Source: Candidatus Micrarchaeota archaeon (lineage in GTDB: Archaea > Micrarchaeota > Micrarchaeia > Anstonellales > Bilamarchaeaceae). From it: DNA of 64,000 nucleotides. Location: the NCBI GenBank assembly GCA_043803165.1, contig JAZDKI010000021.1, positions 5,576 to 69,575 on the forward strand, written 5' to 3'. The translations under genes and the position numbers were made by a program. Below, piece after piece: positions 58,644 through 64,000 of the stretch. Position 1 is the stretch's first letter, and each line of letters opens with the position of its first letter. The notes beneath the pieces were generated by a model. That model saw nothing but the letters and a program-made list of their open reading frames with translations, was not told the DNA's origin and did no database searches.

Positions 58644-59582
58644 CTATGCATAGTCTGCCGAGCGCAGATGGCATAAGCCGCATGGGCCTTTTTCCATTGC
58701 TATCCGCAGCTCGCCTTCGGCATCCTCCGGCTTGGTGGTCGCCAGCGGGCCCAAGGTGGCTAGGCTGAGCAGATCCGGAGATTTTCTTATCCTCTGGACG
58801 ATATCCAGCGTAGACTCGCTGACCAGGTCACCTATCAATGGTCCCAGATGGCCGCAAATCCTGAGCCTACCGGCCTCGTCGACCATCATCCGGTGGGGTC
58901 TCTTTGAAGGTATGTGAGAAGCCTTGACCACACCATCCTTCTCGGAGTATGCGATATGGGCACCGTCGCAAGCCCGCACCATGGCCGTCCCTGAGAGATC
59001 GAAGCCCCTGCCGAGCGAGACTACTTCGGCGTCAGGCATCTGGTGCATCCTGAAACCCATCTTCCGGAATCTCGCTATGGCGCTGTCGCCGCTTCCCTCT
59101 GACAAGCTGCGCTTGCTGAAGGCTCTGTGGAACTCATCGTCTGAATAGAGTATCCAGAGCACGTCCTTGAAAGGGGCCAGCCTCTCGAAGACCTCCGATC
59201 TCCTGGCCGAGCCGTTGGTTATCATGCCGAAGAACGGCATGGAAGCGGAAGAGGCGCTGACCGTCTCCAGAAGCGTTTCTGCCACCTTGACCACGAAGTC
59301 CATATTGAGCGTGGGCTCGCCTCCGCTGATGGTTATGAACTTCACCCTCCCGCTGTCCAGGGTCGGTTTGAGGCCTCTGAAAATCGGCTCCACCATCTCC
59401 GGTTTTGCCATCTCTTTCCTTCTGGGACCTGAATCGGTCTCGCACATGGAACAGCGGAAGTTGCATCTCCGTCCCGAGAGCAGGGTTATCCCAACGGCCT
59501 TATCGCCTTTCAGCGCAGCTATGGCTGGAGGTTCAGAAAGCGAATCCACGATCCTCTTTACCATGCCACGTTTCAGCCGCAT
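58644..59582 (-). CDS. Radical SAM protein
   Basis: CNFRCSMC, SGGEP, ITNG, C-terminal C...C...CGLC. Confidence 0.8.
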   Translation of the reverse strand: MRLKRGMVKRIVDSLSEPPAIAALKGDKAVGITLLSGRRCNFRCSMCETDSGPRRKEMAKPEMVEPIFRGLKPTLDSGRVKFITISGGEPTLNMDFVVKVAETLLETVSASSASMPFFGMITNGSARRSEVFERLAPFKDVLWILYSDDEFHRAFSKRSLSEGSGDSAIARFRKMGFRMHQMPDAEVVSLGRGFDLSGTAMVRACDGAHIAYSEKDGVVKASHIPSKRPHRMMVDEAGRLRICGHLGPLIGDLVSESTLDIVQRIRKSPDLLSLATLGPLATTKPEDAEGELRIAMEKGPCGLCHLRSADYA

Positions 59583-59701
59583 GCGTATTATTACCCAGTT
59601 TGGGAATATAAAGTTATCTTTTATGGGATTTCATGTCTTATTACCCATATAGACCCGCGCCTGCGGAGCGGTTTAAAAGCAGAGGCGCGCTAATCATATT
59701 C

Positions 59702-59763
59702 GGCAACGATGACGAGACCGTCCCAGACTGATCGGTGATGACAAGAGTAGCTACCGAGTTGCC
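59702..59763 (+). ncRNA. Box C/D 2'-O-methylation guide sRNA
   Basis: C ACGATGA 59706-12, D' CTGA 59728-31, C' GTGATGA 59735-41, D CCGA 59754-57, terminal stem GGCAAC/GTTGCC, TTTAAA box ~30 nt upstream, T-tract downstream. Confidence 0.85.
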
Positions 59764-59831
59764 TTTTGATCCATCGGGTTAGGCAAAACCCTTATTATCC
59801 TTTATAGAGAATAGGGATGGGAGGTAATCAT

Positions 59832-60575
59832 ATGAGGCTTATCGTGCAGGACGCTCCATCATTGAAAGCGGCGGTGGATTCCATAGTCTGCTTGGTCGAG
59901 GAGGGGCAGTTCGAGATAAAGAAGGAGGGCTTGTTGCTCAAGGCGATGGACCCGTCGCAGATATCCATGGTGTCATTCTCGATGCCCAAAGAGGCGTTCG
60001 TCGAGTACAGTGTCCCCGAGGAGATGAAGATCGGGGTCGATATCGGGCAGCTCGCGAATGTCCTTGCCAGGGGCAAGAAGGGCGAGAGGGTCGAGCTCTC
60101 CGTCGAAGAGGGAAGGCTGGTAGTCAGGTTCTCCGGGGAGAAGCACAAGAGGACGTTCAAGGTCCCGTTAATCGAGACAGGGGACCGGGTGCAAAGGGAG
60201 CCTAAGATCGAGTTCAAGAATGTCGCCAAGATCAAGGCCGATTCATTGAAAGAGACGCTCAAGGACGCCCGGCTGATCAGCTCGCACGTGCGGCTTCAGC
60301 TCACCCCAGAGCAGTTCGTGGTGGATGTGAGGGGGGAGAATGGCGATGTCCGGGCCGAATTCGACAAGGGCGGCCATGACCTGACCGAATTGACGATCGC
60401 TAACGGCGCCAGATCCACATTCCCGCTCCAATACCTGGAGGACATGGTGAAGGCTACATCGGCATCGTCCATCGTGACGATAAACCTTGAGACGGACAGG
60501 CCTTTGCGGCTGGAATACGACATCGACGGGGCGAAGGTAGTGTATTACCTCGCGCCTAGGATAGAGACGGATTAG
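59832..60575 (+). CDS. pcn: DNA polymerase sliding clamp PCNA
   Basis: AMDPSQISMV, F.L.YL.DM.K, YYLAPRIE. Confidence 0.95.
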   Translation: MRLIVQDAPSLKAAVDSIVCLVEEGQFEIKKEGLLLKAMDPSQISMVSFSMPKEAFVEYSVPEEMKIGVDIGQLANVLARGKKGERVELSVEEGRLVVRFSGEKHKRTFKVPLIETGDRVQREPKIEFKNVAKIKADSLKETLKDARLISSHVRLQLTPEQFVVDVRGENGDVRAEFDKGGHDLTELTIANGARSTFPLQYLEDMVKATSASSIVTINLETDRPLRLEYDIDGAKVVYYLAPRIETD

Positions 60576-60659
60576 ACGATTGACGTAATTTGTGACACAT
60601 GTTTATAAATAGTTGGACGCATGAATTAATATCGCAGACCACGTCCCGGAAGTGCATTC

Positions 60660-61538
60660 ATGAAAAAAACCGAGTTCGCGTTCAAGCAGGAGCCTGAAGA
60701 CCGCCAGCTCAGCTTGGATGCCGGCAAGCACGACGACTACGACCTGCCGGAATTCTCCAAGGAGGTTCCCGTATCATCGCGGAAATCAGAGAGCGGGGAG
60801 AGCGCTTGCGTCGAATATGAATGGAACGAGTCCAAATGCCAGAGCATCCGGATCAAGAGGATAGACTACCGCTCCAGCGAGGAGGGGCTCTCCGACCTAT
60901 ATCGCGTTTTAGCCAGAGACGGGGCGGACAGCGTCTGCTTTCGGCACAACGGCCATACCTACATCCTGCGGAAGACGGTCAAGGAGATCGCGCAGGCGCT
61001 CTACAACGCCTATGGCAAGATAAAAGGCTCCCTGGAGAACATCGTGGGCTTCATCAGGACCGCTCTCGGCAATGATTATGTCATCGCGAGGGTGGAAAGC
61101 GAATCCTGGGCTTTTGACAAACGGATAACCAAGGGGAATATCCATTATGTGGAGGTCGACAGCCTGGACCGGAAGGGCAAATGCAGGCTGGTCGAGATGG
61201 TGACAGAGAGGCTCGCTGACCTGCATGCGAGCAATCTCATAATAGGCAGGTTCACGCTCAACAACATACTCTTAGGAAAAGACGATATGCGCTTCACCGA
61301 CCTGCGCAAGCTCCGGGTCTCACGCAAGAAGTCTTTCGTGATAGAGGAATTCAAGGCGGTGCTGCAGTACCTTTTCGCGATAGGCCTCGCGAGCAGGGAG
61401 GACATCTACTGCTCGATAGCATACTACTCATCGCGGAACGAGGACGGATGCCGTGAATGGTATTCCGACCGGACCGGAAGCAAAGCGGCCGACCAGCTCG
61501 ACATCGTAGGGAAGATTGAGGAAGATATCTACAACTGA
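60660..61538 (+). CDS. Hypothetical protein with a degenerate kinase-like C-lobe
   Basis: LADLHASNLIIGRFTLNNILL...FTD. Confidence 0.55.
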   Translation: MKKTEFAFKQEPEDRQLSLDAGKHDDYDLPEFSKEVPVSSRKSESGESACVEYEWNESKCQSIRIKRIDYRSSEEGLSDLYRVLARDGADSVCFRHNGHTYILRKTVKEIAQALYNAYGKIKGSLENIVGFIRTALGNDYVIARVESESWAFDKRITKGNIHYVEVDSLDRKGKCRLVEMVTERLADLHASNLIIGRFTLNNILLGKDDMRFTDLRKLRVSRKKSFVIEEFKAVLQYLFAIGLASREDIYCSIAYYSSRNEDGCREWYSDRTGSKAADQLDIVGKIEEDIYN

Positions 61539-61542
61539 TTTT

Positions 61543-63846
61543 TCACATGGCTTCGATTATCGTCTCGGAGTTGCGTGACTTGTCCCTTTTCAGGCGGTAG
61601 CTGGAAGCGAATTCTGAGCCCATGAACGCCTCATCGTGCGTTATCACGAAGGTCTGCTTGACGACCTCGGGGACCTTGAACTGCAATGCCGAGGAGAGCA
61701 GTTCGACAGCCTCCGAATCCAGGTTATGCGTCGGTTCGTCAAGTATCAGCCAGCCCAGTTTCGGCGTGAGGACCATGGCCAAGGCCGCGCGGAGGGCCAA
61801 GGCCGCGCAAGCGCGCTCTCCACCGCTGGCTATCGTCTCCAGCCCTTTCCAGCCGTTCCCGTCATCCACTTCGAAGAGATAGTCTTTCTCGCTTACCCCG
61901 AGGCGCAGGGCGCGGTAGTTCTTGTATGGGTAGAAGAGGCCCCAAATCTCGTTCATGGCGGTGTTTATGGCGTCAGCCAAGCCCATCCTGAGGCCTGTCT
62001 GGGTCTCGAGCAGGGCGTTCTTGTAGAGGGCGAGCTGCTCTTCGAGGGCTGAGATATCAGACATCTCCTTCTCCAGCGCCTTTAGGACTGAGAGTTCTTC
62101 CTGGACCATCCTGAGCATCTCTGAAGATGATTTTATCTGGGAATCCAGGGTCCGTTTTGCCGAGAGCAGGCGTTCCTGATCCAGCTTCGAGCGCTCAGCC
62201 GATTCCCGGAGCGTTTCGAAGGCCTTTTCATCGAATCTCACTTGCGAGAGGGCTGTCCTTGTATCGGCCAGCCTCTTGGCTAGCGCATCCGCATCCTTCT
62301 TTTTGGCGATCAGCCGGCCCTGCTCGTTGAATGATGATCTGGCTTTCTCCAGCTCTTCGCTCGCCCCTTCGAGCTTCGTGCGCAGGGATTTGCGCTCTTC
62401 AACCAGTCCTGCCAAAGAAGCGTCCAGCTGGGCCTTTTTGGCCTTGAGGGCCTCTGCGCTTCCAGCTTCCTGCTTCAATGAGGATTCACGCTCGGATATG
62501 ACGGAGGTCCGGCGGATTATCTGGAGCAGGGAGTCGTTCTCCTTCCGTTTTTGGGCGATATCCGCCGCCAACACCATTGAGCGCGCCTGCTTATCCTTTA
62601 CCAGGCGCTCCTTCTCCGCTTTCACATGGGATATGCCGTCGTCTGTTAGTTTGGAGGAGCATAACGGGCATTGCGAAAGCCCAGGCTTTAATTTCGGGAG
62701 AGATTCTGAGAGCTCCTGGGCCTCGCGCTCGAGGGATTTGCGTTCTGATTCGATGGAAAGGAGGGCTTGCTCAAGGATCTTCTGGGATGCTGCGATGTCC
62801 TCTATGGAGCGGGTCCCCAGCAGGGATTTTAGCTCGGATTGGAGGGCTTGCGCCTTCGCCCCGGCATCGAGGGCCGCCTTCATCCGCGCATCCAATGATC
62901 CGCCTTCCTTGGATAATGCTGCGTTGCGGTCTTCTGCCGCTTTTTGCATTGAGAGCATCTTAGTGCGTTCTTCGCCCAGAGCCTGGAGGCGTTTTTCCAA
63001 CTCCTTGAAGGCGGATTCGTCTATCGTCTTGCCTTCGAGATCCGGCCTGAGCGAATCGACCTGCGCCTGGAGGCGTATGCTGTCTTTGGTGAGAGAATCG
63101 AACCTCTCCTTGTGCGCCTTCATCTCGGCGAACCTGGCCAAGGATTCGGATGCTTCCTTGGCGTGCTGCTCCAGTTCGGCTGAGGCCTTTGCGAGCGCTG
63201 TTTTGGCTTCGGCTATCTCTTCGGCTTGTTTTTTCTCTTTCTCACGAAGGGAATCGAGTTTTTCCCTGCTGAACTTCGACGCCAGGGTGTCCCGTTTGGA
63301 CCGGAACTGGTTTATCACGCTGACGATATTCGCCCTGGCGAGCTCGAAGCGGTCCAGGCCGAGAAGCGCATCGATCTCCTCCTTCCTCCTTTTCGGGTCG
63401 ATGTTGAGGAAATAGTCGATGTTGTTCTGCTCCGAGTATATCGCCCTTGTGAAGAGGTCGTAATCGACCCCGATTAGGTTTTTCACGAAGGCGGTCGCCG
63501 CGACGGAGCCGTGCTCCACCATCGAATTTGATTTGTAGACCTCGGCGTGGGTGGTTATCGCTTTTTTCGAGCGCTCGATCACCCTCTCGATGCGATACTC
63601 CGCACCATCCCACTCGAATGTGAGTTCGACGCGCGCGAGGGGTTCATTGAGCCGGATGATATTCTCGAGCTTCACCTTCCTCCGTTCAAGGGCAGGGGAT
63701 GTGCCGAAAAGCGCGAAGCTGATGGCTTCCAGGATGGAGGATTTCCCGGCGCCCATTATGCCCACTAGGAGGTTCGTGCCTTTGCGGAACTCGAGCCGGC
63801 TGTCAGCGTGCGAGCGCCAGTTGACGAGCCGGATGGATTTTATCAT
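61543..63846 (-). CDS. rad50: Rad50 DNA double-strand break repair ATPase
   Basis: GIMGAGKSS, coiled coil with CPLC zinc hook, SGGE, LILDEPT, ITHD. Confidence 0.9.
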   Translation of the reverse strand: MIKSIRLVNWRSHADSRLEFRKGTNLLVGIMGAGKSSILEAISFALFGTSPALERRKVKLENIIRLNEPLARVELTFEWDGAEYRIERVIERSKKAITTHAEVYKSNSMVEHGSVAATAFVKNLIGVDYDLFTRAIYSEQNNIDYFLNIDPKRRKEEIDALLGLDRFELARANIVSVINQFRSKRDTLASKFSREKLDSLREKEKKQAEEIAEAKTALAKASAELEQHAKEASESLARFAEMKAHKERFDSLTKDSIRLQAQVDSLRPDLEGKTIDESAFKELEKRLQALGEERTKMLSMQKAAEDRNAALSKEGGSLDARMKAALDAGAKAQALQSELKSLLGTRSIEDIAASQKILEQALLSIESERKSLEREAQELSESLPKLKPGLSQCPLCSSKLTDDGISHVKAEKERLVKDKQARSMVLAADIAQKRKENDSLLQIIRRTSVISERESSLKQEAGSAEALKAKKAQLDASLAGLVEERKSLRTKLEGASEELEKARSSFNEQGRLIAKKKDADALAKRLADTRTALSQVRFDEKAFETLRESAERSKLDQERLLSAKRTLDSQIKSSSEMLRMVQEELSVLKALEKEMSDISALEEQLALYKNALLETQTGLRMGLADAINTAMNEIWGLFYPYKNYRALRLGVSEKDYLFEVDDGNGWKGLETIASGGERACAALALRAALAMVLTPKLGWLILDEPTHNLDSEAVELLSSALQFKVPEVVKQTFVITHDEAFMGSEFASSYRLKRDKSRNSETIIEAM

Positions 63847-63882
63847 CGGATAATGATTTGCGCGGATGGAGCTTTAAACCGC

Positions 63883-63999
63883 TCATCTCTTTTCGTCCAA
63901 CTTGACGAGATATCGCCTCGCTTCGGGGAATGACGCGAATGCGGCCCCAAGCTCAGATGAATAGCTCTCCGAGAAAATCCTGGTACTTTGAAACTGAAA
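63883..63999 (-). CDS. Possible 3' end of an upstream gene (partial)
   Basis: Open frame ...RRYLVKLDEKR* ending just upstream of rad50. Confidence 0.3.
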   Translation of the reverse strand, partial: FQFQSTRIFSESYSSELGAAFASFPEARRYLVKLDEKR

Positions 64000-64000
64000 A

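Noticed and set aside
1..64000. CRISPR array, transposase, integrase, intein, rRNA, DGR reverse transcriptase or template repeat
   Set aside because: None recognised by eye or in the ORF track; a short diverged template repeat could have been missed without alignment.

Overview
Archaeal chromosome segment of roughly 55-60% GC. It carries PCNA, Rad50, aIF5B, archaeal MAT, PurP, DtdA, FtsZ, a C/D sRNA and a tRNA with a BHB-type intron. The gene mix suggests a DPANN archaeon, most likely Micrarchaeota (inference). Bases 1-24 kb are a surface-glycan cluster: NeuB-type nonulosonic acid synthase, LegB-like dehydratase, PseG-WecD fusion, sialyltransferase-like GT, RfbA/RfbB, other GTs and a flippase-like protein. 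Next come a Tad-type pilus ATPase/TadC operon, pheS with a 1-nt frameshift, nucleotide biosynthesis genes, ftsZ, two TA modules and replication/repair genes. The most notable signals are: (1) a probable orphan DGR target gene with a variable-repeat-like segment, with no RT or template in the window; (2) a C/D guide RNA whose D' guide predicts Gm2251 in the 23S P-loop; (3) a tRNA-Val(GAC) with a 53-nt D-loop intron; (4) a direct-repeat/hairpin structure over the start of an HTH regulator gene; (5) a 22-bp-periodic operator array upstream of an MNT-HEPN pair. All assignments come from reading motifs by eye; no database searches were run.
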